Shown in pieces: positions 46,339 to 57,895 of a DNA stretch of 64,000 bases. Made by a program: the position numbers and the translations under genes. How positions within the stretch are numbered: position 1 is the stretch's first letter; the number at the start of each line of letters is the position of its first letter. This DNA is from Blastocladiella emersonii ATCC 22665 (taxonomy: Eukaryota > Fungi > Blastocladiomycota), in assembly GCA_025594325.1 (NCBI GenBank), contig JANHCV010000002.1, positions 1,550,001 through 1,614,000 on the forward strand, written 5' to 3'. The notes under the pieces were generated by a model. That model made no database searches and had not been told where the DNA came from. It saw only the letters and a list, made by a program, of their open reading frames with translations.

Positions 46339-48387
46339 TCACGGCCCGCCCGCCCACCGCCGCACCATGCGGATGATATACTCGACCTGCGGGTTATGCG
46401 AGTTGCGGAGCAGGGCGACGACGTCGCGCAGGATCTCGCGCGGCTCGAGCCCCTGGTACACCTGCTGGAACGCGCCGATGCACGCGCCGCGCTTGCCCTC
46501 CCAGTGCTCGGGCGCGCCCGGGTCGAGCCGTTCGAGGACATCGAAGGCCTTTGCCGCGTACAGGTACTGCTGCGTCCGGTAGCAGTCGTGGCCGATGAGT
46601 TGGAGGAGCGTGAAGGATTCCGATGACGTGTCCATCTTCAGGTACAGCTCCCACGCCAGGCGCGCTTTTTTGTTCATGATGTCTACGCGATGGCGAGGTG
46701 TGAGGGCGAGGGCGGGCACAGCGTGAGCGCGACGTACAGCACTTGGCGAGATGGCTGATGTACGTGAAATCGGCGCGCATCTTGTCGTCCTGGACCGCGA
46801 GCAGGGCGTCCTGGGCCTCGGCCCACGCGCCGAGGGCGACCTTGGTCTGGGCGTAGTTGAAGTTGAACGTGTCGTCGTTGAAGAAGTAGGCCTTGATCGA
46901 GTTGAGGTAGATGAGCACGTCGTCAAAGTGGCGGAGCAGGAAGAAGCAGCTGGCCATGCACTGTCGCCCCGCAATCGTGTCGCACTCGGACGCGCTGCTG
47001 CCCACCAGCTGGAAGTGCTGCTGCGCCTGCTTGAGGTGCTCGCGCGAGTCCTGTGCCTGGCCCAGCACCGCGTTCACGATCGCCTTGAGGATGTACTCGG
47101 CGGGCGACGCCGGGTCCACGTCCTTCATCAGCTCGTACGCCGCCACCATGTCGTCGTGCCGCAGGTGCCACAGCGCGAGGTTCAGTCGCGCTTCGGGCAC
47201 CACGTCGACCAGCGGCTCCAGCACGCCCAGCGCGCCCTCGCCGTTGCGGAACACCACCAGGTTGTGCCGCAGGATGTCCTGCGCGAACATCTGCCCCGTC
47301 GACCCCGCGCCCGACCCGCTCCCGCCGCCGCCGCCGGTCCCCGCGGCCCCGCTCCCGGCGCCGCCCGTGCCGCGTCCCGCGCCGAGCCCGACGGTCGGCG
47401 ACGACGAGGTCGTGACGCCCGTAGCGGCCGTGGCCGCGGCGACGCCGCCGGCGGACATGCGGTCGAGGAGCGACTTGAGCTCGAGCTCGGCGGCCTTGCC
47501 ATTGTAGAGGCGGAAGTGGTTGCACGCCTTGAGGTTGCCCGCCGTGACGCTGTCGGGGACGCGGGCGAGGTACAGGCCGAGCACCTCCTGGGCCACGTCG
47601 TAGTAGTCGAGCTTGTAGTAGCACAGGGCGAGGTACACGTTCAGGGCGAGGTACTCGGGGTGCTCGCCCAGCAGGCGCTTGTAGATGTCGATCGCCTCCT
47701 GGTAGTGGCCGCGCAGGTAGTGGATCGAGGCGAGCGTCAGCTGGTCCTCGACCACGTCCTGCAGGTGCTGGTGGTGGAACATGAGCCGTTTCTCGTCGCT
47801 CAGCTTGTGCGAGACGTGGAACTGCAGGCGGTTCTGCAGCTTACACGTCGGCCCTACGTCGCGCAGCGGGTGAGTGATGGCGGGTGTCTCGAATGCGATG
47901 GGATAACGTACCCTTCTTGGCATTCTCGTCGGCCTCAGCGTACATTCCCAGGTAGAACTCGCACACGCCGAGGTACAGGTGGTACAGCGGGTCCGGGTTG
48001 CCCTGCTCGATGAGCGTCTTGTACACGGTCATGGCCTTGATGTAGTCGCCCATGTGGAACGCCGCGTAGCCCGTCCACAGCCAGTTGTACGGCTGCAGCG
48101 CCGTGCCCGAGGCGCGCTCGAACTGAAGGAAGAGGGCGTTAGTTTCGTCGCCTCGCGGGCCATGGATGCAGCGTACCTCGAGCAGCGTCATGGCGCCCTG
48201 GTAGTCGCGCTCGACGAGAAACGAGTCGAGCGTCGGGAGCGACCGGCCCGCGCCCTTCTCGGGCGCCGCGTTCGCGGGCGCCGCGGTGCTCGAGGCGGCC
48301 TTGACGCGCGAGATGAGCTACACGCCGCGGCGGCCGGGGTCAGAGGGTGGCGCTAGTGTAGGTCGGCGGAATGCATGTGGCTACCAT
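46339..48387 (-). CDS. TTC26: Intraflagellar transport TPR protein TTC26/IFT56, multi-exon
   Basis: ATG at 48387 followed by an intron; [96 protein letters not shown]. Confidence 0.95.
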
Positions 48388-48665
48388 CTTTTTAGCTGAA
48401 TTACTTTGCGTGCAAGGGCTCTCAGCGAGCGCAAAGTCGGCGACGACGATCGACCGACGCGACGCGCGACGCGTGGGTGCGAGACACTCTGGCGCACGTC
48501 ACGTGGCGTCACCGAGGGCTCGGCGCTCGCTCTCAGCTTTCTCCGCGCCCAGCTGCTCGCAAACAGCTTCCCATCAACCACCACAGACCTGCTACGGATC
48601 AACGCCGCCTCGCGCGACCTGCTGCAACGTTTTATCCCGGTGGAGACCGTCACGCCACGCCAGCC

Positions 48666-49178
48666 ATGTTCGCCCGCCTGTCCCACCGCCTCTACTCGAC
48701 GGCCGCCGCCGCGCCGCAGGCTGCCGCCAAGACCGCGGAGCAGATCGGTAAGCTTGCGTTATGCTTCACATGATGAGAGAGGGAGGGAGGGTGTGGTGAT
48801 GCGGGATGTCCGCCCGCCAACCTCGTTCGCGAGCGAGCGAGCGACCTGCCTCGAACCGCCGCCGCCATCACCCGCCACACGAAAACGAGTCTAACACCTC
48901 GACCCAAACCCTCCGTAGTCGAGGTCCGCGTACCGTACTACGTGCACCGGACAAAGCTCGCGCAGCAGCTGCCCGTGTACCCCAAGTACCGTTACAAGGG
49001 GACGCAGGTGTCGACGGTGGTGCGGCGCATCGAGGGCAACGGCAAGGCCCTGGCCCTCGAGATCCAGCAGATCCACCCCAAGTGGACCATCTCCTACAAC
49101 CGCGTCAGCAACCACATCGAGGTCAAGGGCAACGTCGTCGACCCGCTGCGCCACCTGCTGACCGTCAAGGGCTTCTGA
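48666..49178 (+). CDS. IMG2: Mitochondrial ribosomal protein L49/Img2
   Basis: Presequence MFARLSHRLYST, one intron, then PYYVHRT..QLPVY..TVVRRIEGN..IEVKGN..LTVKGF. Confidence 0.85.
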
Positions 49179-49284
49179 GTTTTGCTCCCCATCACCGTAT
49201 ATACATGTCCTCTCTTCTAGTGATCACCCGCAACGACCCGTGAGAAAAGACAAGACTCGAGTGTGTGTATACGCCACCAACCCC

Positions 49285-51750
49285 CTAAAACTCCCAGTCG
49301 GCATCGACATCCATGGCCCACTTGAACTTGTCGCGCAGCGTCTTGGGGAACATCTTGTCGATGGGCACCTCGTACTTTTTGCACCACGCGGCCGTGATGC
49401 GCGGGTCAATGTAGTTGATCTTGGACGTGCCGAGCGCCGTGGCCTTGTTCTCGTCGCGGTCGACCATGTCGACCTTGGTCGCCTCAATCTTGGCCGACAG
49501 CTGCGCGTACTTTTTCTCGAGCTGCTCGAGCGACTGCTCGCGCTTCGAGGCCGCGGCCGCCGCCGGGTCGCGCTTGTTGGGCAGCTCGGCGAGCGGCGAC
49601 TCGCCGTCGGCCTCGCGCTGCTCGTTGAGCTTGGCGAGCTTCTTGGCGTCGCGCTCGGCCTCGCGCAGCGCCTCGGCCTCGAGGTGCGACTCGATCCAGT
49701 CCTCGTCGAGGTCCGACTCGGGCTCGGCGAGCTCCTTGCGCGTGCGCTTGAGCTTCGGGTCGAGCTTGAGCATGGCGGCCTTGACCTCGCGCCGCTGGTA
49801 CTTGAAGGCGCGCAGCTTGTTGCGGATGCGCTCCATCTGCTGGCCGAACCCCTTGGAGACCGTGCGCTGGTGGTTGCACAGCACGGCCACCTCGCGGTTG
49901 GCGCGGTTGTAGGCGAGGACCATCTCGGACACGGACCCGTCGGCGGGCGTCTTCTCGAGCTGCTCCTGGAACGTGTGCGACGCGTTGTAGGTGCGGAACA
50001 CCTTGGCCGTGAGCCCGGGCATGATCGAGTGCAGGTGCTTGTTGAGCGAGGTGGTGTCGATGCGGTCGAACAGGTCGTCGCCGTCCGTGTGGCCCTTCTT
50101 GAACAGCTTGAGGTTCTTGTGCACCTGCGCGTCGACCGTCACCTCGTTGTAGTACCGGATGCTGTCCTTTCCCAAAAAGTCGAACACCACCTTGTTGTCC
50201 TCGTGCAGCGTGACGTGCTCGAACCGCAGCGAGCAGCACCCGACCGTGTCGGCCTCGTCCTCGCCCTTCTCGTTGCCCGCACGCAGCGCGAACCGGTCGA
50301 TGAAGTAGAGCGCCGTGGCGAGCTGGCGCTTCTCCATCTCGCGGTCCTTGAGCATGGCCGTGTAGTCGGCGCGGATCTGGCCCACCACCTTCTTGAGCTC
50401 GCGCGCCTTCTCGAACTTCTTGAAGTCGGACATGCCCTTCCACGACGACGTCGCCGACAGGAACACGTACTTGGGCTGCCCGTTGACGTTCTCGGTCCAC
50501 GTCGCGAGCCACGTCACCGTGTTCTCGTGCACAACCTTCTTCCACTGGTGGCCCTCGGGCGGCGGCGGGACCGGGTCGTTGGGCCCGATGTTGATGGTGA
50601 TGTCCTCGGGCACCACGCGCTTCTTGAGCTTGCCCGCCTTGGGGTGGGCGCCGCGGCCGCGGAACAGCGAGGGCGGCTCGACGCGGTAGTTGCCGATCTT
50701 CTCGCGGCGGCCGTCGATGGTGGCCCACCCGTACTTTTCGTCGAGGTCGGCCTTCTCCTTCTTGGCCGCCTCCTTGTCGGCCTTGGTCGCGGCCTTCTTG
50801 CGCTCGCGCTCGGCGGCGAGGTGGTCGACGATGCGCGAGAAGTCGCACAGGTCGAGCTGCTTGATCGGGCACGACGCGGGCTCGGACCGCTCGAGCACCT
50901 CGGTGAAGTCGTCGAAGAAGTTTTTGCGGAAGATCTCGTTCTCCTCGTGCTGGGTGCCGACGACGGCCGCGTAGAAGGTGGCCACCTCCTCGGCCTCGGC
51001 GCCGAGCTGGACCGGGTTGCCGTCGTACAGCAGCGGCACGCCGTGCGGCACGTACTCGGGCGCGAAGTACACGCCGTTGTGGCTCAGCGACGTCCACTTG
51101 ACGCCGTCGTTATCGAGCGGGTTCTCCTGCAGCCACCACTTGTACTCGTCGGCGCCGCCGTCGGCCTCATCGCCGCTGCCCGCGGCGGCCTCCTCCTTCT
51201 TGACCTTGCCGGCGGCCTTGCCCTTGGCCTCCTTCTTGACGGGCGCGCGCTTCTTGGCAGCGGCAGGCGCGGCCGAGGAAGACGACGAGGACGACGCGGG
51301 CGACGACGATGGTGGCTCGGCCTTGACCTTCTTGGCGGCGGCCGTCTTCTTAGCAGCGGTGGGCTCGGCCTTGACGGCGGCCGTCCGCGCGCGCTTCGGC
51401 TTGGCGGCGATAGGCTCGTCCTCGCTGTCGCTGGACGACGACGCGGGCGCGGCGCGCTTGGCCGGCTTAGCCTTGGCGGGCTTCGCAGCCGCAGCGGCCG
51501 CCGGCGGTGGGCGGGACGGCGCGGCAATGGCGGTGCCCTTGGCCTTGCCCTTGGCGGGCTTGGTGGCGATCGGCTCGTCCTCGCTGTCGCCGGCCGACTC
51601 CTCGGAGGTGGCGGCGACGGCGGCGCGGCGGCGCTTGGCGGGCGCTGGGCGGGCGACCGGCTCGTCCTCCGAGTCCGAGTCGCTCACGATGCGGCGGTGC
51701 GTGCGCTTGGCCGCCGTCTTCTTGGACGGCTCGGTCGGGGAGGGGGGCAT
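49285..51750 (-). CDS. TOP1: DNA topoisomerase I (type IB)
   Basis: KWTSLSHNGVYF, RVEPPSLFRGRGAHPK, LRAGNEK, DTVGCCSLR, FDFLGKDSIRY, GLTAKVFRTYNAS, LCNHQR, catalytic GTSKINYIDPR. Likely ATG 51750, no intron. Confidence 0.98.
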   Translation of the reverse strand: MPPSPTEPSKKTAAKRTHRRIVSDSDSEDEPVARPAPAKRRRAAVAATSEESAGDSEDEPIATKPAKGKAKGTAIAAPSRPPPAAAAAAKPAKAKPAKRAAPASSSSDSEDEPIAAKPKRARTAAVKAEPTAAKKTAAAKKVKAEPPSSSPASSSSSSSAAPAAAKKRAPVKKEAKGKAAGKVKKEEAAAGSGDEADGGADEYKWWLQENPLDNDGVKWTSLSHNGVYFAPEYVPHGVPLLYDGNPVQLGAEAEEVATFYAAVVGTQHEENEIFRKNFFDDFTEVLERSEPASCPIKQLDLCDFSRIVDHLAAERERKKAATKADKEAAKKEKADLDEKYGWATIDGRREKIGNYRVEPPSLFRGRGAHPKAGKLKKRVVPEDITINIGPNDPVPPPPEGHQWKKVVHENTVTWLATWTENVNGQPKYVFLSATSSWKGMSDFKKFEKARELKKVVGQIRADYTAMLKDREMEKRQLATALYFIDRFALRAGNEKGEDEADTVGCCSLRFEHVTLHEDNKVVFDFLGKDSIRYYNEVTVDAQVHKNLKLFKKGHTDGDDLFDRIDTTSLNKHLHSIMPGLTAKVFRTYNASHTFQEQLEKTPADGSVSEMVLAYNRANREVAVLCNHQRTVSKGFGQQMERIRNKLRAFKYQRREVKAAMLKLDPKLKRTRKELAEPESDLDEDWIESHLEAEALREAERDAKKLAKLNEQREADGESPLAELPNKRDPAAAAASKREQSLEQLEKKYAQLSAKIEATKVDMVDRDENKATALGTSKINYIDPRITAAWCKKYEVPIDKMFPKTLRDKFKWAMDVDADWEF

Positions 51751-53077
51751 GGTTGTGGTCGTGGTTGCAGGGTCTGGAGAGAGGGAAGAGAGCGGACGAG
51801 GGGGGAAGGTCAGCAAGGGGAGTGACGCAGAAGCAGGCAGGCAGGGACGGCCGAGCTGACTCCACTCCGACAACAGGCAGCGGCTGCGCGACGTTCACGC
51901 TCGACGCGGCCTTGGCACTGCAACAGCAACACTAGCCGAGTCCAAGGCCACAGTGGAGGGAGCTCACTGCTGTTCAGGGACGAAGGGCACGATGGGTCGC
52001 AGCGGCAGCAGCAGAGGCGCCCGGAGAGGGACGGGCCGCGCGTCGACGCCAGCACGAGAGAGACGACGCGTACGTGGTAGGGTACGGATCGAGACCGTCG
52101 TAGCCGACGTGGGTGTGCGCGATCGCGAGTGAGGAGGGGCCGCCAAGGGCCAAGATGCATGCAGCGAGCTCGGGACTCTGCGAAAATTCGGGTGCGCGGG
52201 GGGCCGCCTGCTTTTGAGGGACTCTGCGAAATTTCGTCCACCCGCCCGCCGCTCGTGGGAAGCCGCTGAGCGTGCTCCAGCCCATCACGCGGGCCGGCTG
52301 CCATCCCTACCAGTGTGGCTGCGCCTAGCCCGCGCTGGCCGGCCACCCCTGCAGTCTTGACCTACCAGCATCGCTGCGCCTTGATCCTCCCCGGCCAATA
52401 TCCAAAGGTGCGTCGCTACGCCAGTAGTGACCGACCTGCCGACCACGCACACTCGCACACGCTACGCAGCACCATGTAACTCAATCGATTCGACGCGGAC
52501 GACGCCGTGACGCCGCTGCTGCGGTGGCGCTGACGGCGCGGGTGGATGGACGGGCGTGCCCACCGACGCCAACGCCGCCGTCACCTCCGCACGCACGCAC
52601 GCCGAACGCCGCGTCCTCGTGAAACTTTGATCGCGCGCAGCGTAAACCTCGTTGTTTTCGTTCTTCGCCGTTGAGCCGGTTCTCGCGTGCCCCGGGCTCG
52701 CACGCACACACTGGAGTGTCCCTGCTGCGGTTGCCGCTGTGTTGGCGCGCTCCCGTCTCGGTCCTCGCCGTGGCGCCGTTCGCCTAGCGTAGGCGGCGCC
52801 ATGCTGACGAGATTGACCACCGCTCCCTGGTTCCTCGGTTTGGCGGGGGATCCGCCGCCCTGTGCGTGCGCGATCGCCCCGCCCCGAGTTGATTCCACTG
52901 TCCGTGTGCGCGCGCCTCGCGTGTGCGTACGGGCAGCTCTGGAGCGGCATGCTGCTATCGTTGCGGGTTCCCTGGTCGGTTGGGTCGGCCTCTCATAGCC
53001 TATAGGATGCAGCATGCTCACTAATCCGCCCACTCGCCCTCCCCTTCCCTCCCCCCGTCGGCAGCCAGTAAATCAAC

Positions 53078-53692
53078 ATGGGTGCCTACAAGTACATCGA
53101 GGAGCTCCAGAAGAAGAAGCAGTCGGACGTGCTCCGCTTCCTCGCCCGCGTCCGCGTCTGGGAGTACCGCCACCTCTCGGCCGTGCACCGCGCCTCGCGC
53201 CCGTCGCGCCCCGACAAGGCCCGCCGCCTCGGCTACAAGGCCAAGCAGGGCTACGTCGTGTACCGCGTCCGCGTCCGCCGCGGCTCGCGCAAGCGCCCCG
53301 TCCCCAAGGGCCAGACCTACGGCAAGCCCAAGACTCACGGTGTCAACCAGCTCAAGTTCCAGCGCTCGGCTCGCTCGGTCGCCGAGGAGCGCGTTGGCCG
53401 CCGCTGCGGTAACCTGCGCGTCCTCAACTCGTACTGGATCAACCAGGACGCCGTCTACAAGTACTTCGAGGTCATCCTCGTCGACCCGCAGCACAAGGCT
53501 ATCCGCCGCGACGCCCGCATCAACTGGATCGTCAACGCCACCCACAAGCACCGCGAGCTCCGCGGCCTCACGTCGACCGGCAAGAAGTCGCGCGGCATCG
53601 GCAAGGGCCACAAGTACAACAAGACCATTGGTGGCTCCCGCCGCGCCTCGTGGAAGCGCCGCAACACCCTGTCGCTCCGCCGCTACCGCTAA
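53078..53692 (+). CDS. RPL15: 60S ribosomal protein L15
   Basis: [64 protein letters not shown]. Confidence 0.99.
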   Translation: MGAYKYIEELQKKKQSDVLRFLARVRVWEYRHLSAVHRASRPSRPDKARRLGYKAKQGYVVYRVRVRRGSRKRPVPKGQTYGKPKTHGVNQLKFQRSARSVAEERVGRRCGNLRVLNSYWINQDAVYKYFEVILVDPQHKAIRRDARINWIVNATHKHRELRGLTSTGKKSRGIGKGHKYNKTIGGSRRASWKRRNTLSLRRYR

Positions 53693-54641
53693 GCGCTTCA
53701 CCGCGCTGGCGGCGGCCGGTCGTGACGGCTCGGGCGTTGGTGTCCTCGCTGTTCTCGCTGCTGCACCCGCTGCATAGCCGCGTTTGTTCGTCCTCGAATA
53801 CATGCGTCTATGTGCACTCTAATCTTTCACGTTTTCTTCCTTGCCGTGTCTCTGTTGTTTTTGTTGCTGCCTGACTTGCTCTTTGCGCTGAGAAGCTGCG
53901 CCCTCTGAGATGGCGTTGGAGCCTTCTCCACGATGAGGATAATCCTCGAGGATGTGCGGGTCCATCGCGCGGGCGCGACTCGACCTGTTGGGATCGCTCG
54001 TGCCAAGGACGAAACCAAGTTGTGTGAAGCGAGCGCGGCCGCCGCATCCGTCTCCGCGTAAGAGCGAAGCTATCGCCGCGGCCGCGGCCATGGCCATGCC
54101 CTTGACCAGGAACGGTCGCTCGAGACACGCACCTGCTCCGAGATGGCCCTCTACCGACGCGCGAGAACTCGAACATGAGTGAGCCTCAGTACAGCTGCGG
54201 CCGGCACGCAACGGTCGTGGATCAAGCGGTTGATTGTGAGATGCGTCAAGGCGCAGCAGCGGCCGTCGCTGCCTGAGGCCCGCATCATCGTCGTGGCCAT
54301 GGCCACGATCACACGGTGAGTTAGAGGACAGACCCGACCAACGAAGCTCACGAGGAGACGTGAACACTGAGTCGTCGCGAGGCGGTCGCGAGGCGGTCGA
54401 CGCGCAGCAAGAGGAGGAACGCGATCATGGCCACGGTTGCTCACAACACGGCCATCCCCATCCTCCATTGAGCGGGACTCGCTCTGAGCGGAGAGGAGAC
54501 ATCAGGATGAGTACACGCAAGTCTAGTCACAGAAATCACAAAGGTATAACAAGAGGACAGCGATGGCGCGGCCGCGACCCACCTCGCTACACAATCACGT
54601 CCGTCCGCCGCGCCATCTCGGGCCGTCGCCGAGCCGAAGAC

Positions 54642-56833
54642 CTAGGTGTTGGTCGGTGGCGCGGCGCCTGCGCCCGTCGCCGACTGCTGCTGCTGGTCGG
54701 CCGCGGCTGTTGGCGCGCCGCCGTTAGCCGCGGCCGCGTTGGCGGCAGCGGCGACCGCGGCCACGGCGCCGGCGGCGAACGATGCGGGGGTGACGAGCTT
54801 GCCCGCGGTGAGTGCCTCGCGCTTGAGGCGGCGCTTCATGTGGCGGACGCGGCGCGCGTCGCCGGCGACGGTCCAGCGGAGGAGCACCTCCTTGAGGGTG
54901 TCGAGGTAAAGCGGCTTAGTGACGGCCTCGTCGTAGCCGAGGGCGCGGCACAGCTCCTGGTCCGTGGTGAGCTGGGTGTTGGCCGAGCACGAGATGATGA
55001 CCTGGGTGCGGTCCTGCTTGCGGATGCGCATGCACATGTCGTCGCCCGACAGCGTCGGCAGCGTCTGGTCGAGCAGGATCGCGTCAAAGTACCGGCCCTC
55101 GCGCCGCAGGTCGTTGTAGTGGAACAGCGCGTCAGCCCCGTCGCTCGCAAACGTGATCTGCGTGTACCCGAGCTTCTTGAGCAGCGCGCGGATGATCCGC
55201 TGGTTGATCGTGTCGTCCTCGACCACGAGGATCAGGCGCTCCGCCGGCGCGCGCGGCGGCACCAGCACCTCGTCGGGCGGGCAGATCCACAGCTCGCCCT
55301 GCGCGCCCGCCGACTCGTCCGTCGTCGACGCCGTCGTCGGGAGCGGAGCCGGGTCCGCCGCAACCTGCTGCAGCGACTGCACGGCTGCTGCCGAGTGGGG
55401 AAGACCGCCCGACGGCTGCTGCGCCTGCTGCTGCTGCGGCTGGACCGGGGCCTGCGCCTGGTCGAGGACGGGCGCCGCCATGGCTGCGGTGGTCGCGCCC
55501 GTGACGCTCTGGTACGCGTTGGCGCCGCCGCCGGGGGTCGTGGGCGAGGTGAGGAGCGGTGACTGCGGGGTAGGCGGAGCCTGCGAGTACGCGCCCGACG
55601 GCGGGTTGGCGACGGCGGCCGTGTAGGCCGAGTAGGCGGCGACCTCGCCCTCGACGATGGTCGCGACGCGGGCCGCGTCGATGCGCTGGCCGGGCGGCGA
55701 CCGGTTGGCGAGCGCGGGCTTGGGCGACTGGGTGAGGTTGTGGCTCGAGGTCTGGAGGGACCCACCGTCGGCGCCGCCGTCCGAGGGCGGGGTCACGGGC
55801 TGGACGAGGAGCTCGAGGACCAGGCCCGTCGCGGAGGAGCCCGCGGTCGCGGGACACGCGCGGATCGTGCCGGAGACGAGGGCGGCGATCTTCTTGGCGA
55901 CGCCCATCATGATCTGGTCCGTGCTCAGCTGCGTGTTGTGGGCGGCGCCCGTAAGCGTGTGCGGCGAGGCCTGGCCGAACGACAGCAGCTGCTCGAGGCT
56001 CGCTGTCAGGCCGTCGCCGTGGGCGCGGCTCATGGCGTGCGCGTTGGCGGGGGTCGCGGGCACGTGTATCGGGTTGGACGTCTGCAGCACGCGGATCTGG
56101 AGACACGTCTTGCCCGCGTCGGCGGCCGACGTGATCGAGGACGCCGGGACCGACGCCGTGGTCACGTCGACCAGGATGCTGCCGCCGTTCTCCGTGTGGC
56201 GCGCCATGATCTCGGTCAGGTTGTCGATGATGTGGCCCACGCCGCGCGCGTCCGTCATGTACCACTGGTGCGACATGGTGTTCTCGAGCCGGATCGTGAG
56301 GTTGCGCTCGCTACACGGGTATGCGATGTGAGTCTTCTTGTTGCTGGAGCGGAGCAGAACGATGAGAAGAAGACGTACAGAGCGATGCGCGCGAGACGCG
56401 TCGAAGCGCGCGTGAACAGGTCCGACATGTTGACGGGGACGAGGACGACCTCGACGTTGGACTCGTCGAGGTTGCCGAGGAGGCGGATCGAGTCCACCAT
56501 GCGGATCAGGTGCTGCGACGACTGGACAATGGTCAAGGCCGCGTCGCGCAGCTCGGGCGGTAGCTGCGCCGACGACGCGGCCACGATGTCGGCGTACCCG
56601 ACAATGTTGGTGAGGGCAATGCGGACCTCGAACGACAGTGTGGCGAGGAGCATCTCCTGGATGGGCGGCGACGGCGTCGGGCCCGACGTAGTCACGGCCG
56701 ACGAGCCAGCGGGCACCACGTCGGTCGTGGACTCGAGCCCGGTGCGCTCGCCCGCGGGACGGTCGGTCTTGGCGGCCGCGGCCGCGGCGTCCGTGGCCGA
56801 GATGCCGCGCGTTAGCAGGGCCTTGAGCTTCAT
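54642..56833 (-). CDS. Hybrid histidine-kinase-like protein: degenerate HisKA/HATPase, intact receiver
   Basis: ATG 56833, intron 56378-56311. H-box LATLSFEVRIALTNIVG; receiver LILVVEDDTINQRII..FDAILLDQTLPTLSG..ISCSAN..VTKP. Confidence 0.85.
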
Positions 56834-57476
56834 GGCGATAGCGGTGGCGGGGAGCGGCGGCGACGCGTGGGCGGCAGGTGTGGGTCGAGGGCGATGAGGA
56901 GCGGAGCGAGTCGGTGGTGGTGGTGGTGGTGGTGGATCGGGCGATGTAGAACGCGGTCGAGTAGTGCGAGCGAGTGCTTGGGCTTGTGCGAGTCGGATCC
57001 GAGTCGGGGATGCAGAGTCGAGGCAGAGCGCCGAGAGGTCAGGCCTAGTCGCAGTCGTCGATGGGGGGAGGAGACATGATGGATCGGTCAGTCCATGCGC
57101 GATACATGGGCGCGCGGACGGCGCGTACTGTAGTGTTCGGCGAAAGCCGGCCAAGGCGCAGGAGCAGTGCAAGTGCAGTCGGCGGGCGGACGGACGAGTG
57201 TTGCGATGCGATAAGCGGGTTGGATCGCGGTGAGCTGGGAAGCAAAGGAGTCTGGCTTGCGATGAATGAACGCGTGCTCGGCGCGCAGTGGGAGGGTCGG
57301 GGCAGACTCGCCAGCGCGCCGCTCCGTCGCGCCCGATGCGAGACAATTTCTTGCTCCGTGCAAGAGGAAGGCTGGGCCGAGACAAACACAACGTGAGCGA
57401 GCCGCAGCCGGGAGCCAAAGGACAGGCTGGCGGTGCGCGCGCGACCCCGTCTTTTGAGTTTTTGTCTCGCACGGTG

Positions 57477-57572
57477 CGCCGCGACCTGCGCCGCGACCTG
57501 CGCCGCGACCTGCGCCGCGACCTGCGCCGCGACCTGCGCCGCGACCTGCACCGCGACCTGCGCCGCGACCCG
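57477..57572. repeat. 12-bp tandem repeat (CGCCGCGACCTG) x8 in a divergent promoter
   Basis: Six perfect units, one CACCGCGACCTG, and one ending ACCCG. Confidence 0.97.
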
Positions 57573-57895
57573 ACGCGTCTCGCACCGTTGCGACGTGATT
57601 TCTAGGCCAGCGCACGTGCGGGCAGGGGGAAGCCGACGGGAAGCGGGCTGGGCGAGGCAGGTGCGAGACGCGTCGCGCCGCTCACGTTTGGGCGGGTGGC
57701 TCAGCGTGACGAAATGGGCGATCCGGCGGCGCGCCGGTGGCACCTGACCGGCGGAAGAGTGGCCGCCGCCCGCCGCCTTGGACCGTGGCGTCGCCCTCCC
57801 CTCAACAGCGAGCGGGACCCCGGCCCCCGCCCTCGCTCTCCCAACCGTCGCTGCTGACCTTGCAGAGCTTATCCACTACACTTGTACTTCCCGCC

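Noticed and set aside
49240-51825. 861-aa plus-strand ORF, and similar long ORFs at 79-825, 21900-23933, 32382-33842, 44611-46323, 46751-48013, 57869-58933
   Set aside because: Antisense shadows of real genes; strong GC3 bias removes stops on the opposite strand, and the translations have no motifs.
53819-54367. Minus-strand ORF containing LLRLDASHNQ, a possible LRR remnant
   Set aside because: A single LRR-like word overlapping the RPL15 3' region; too little evidence.
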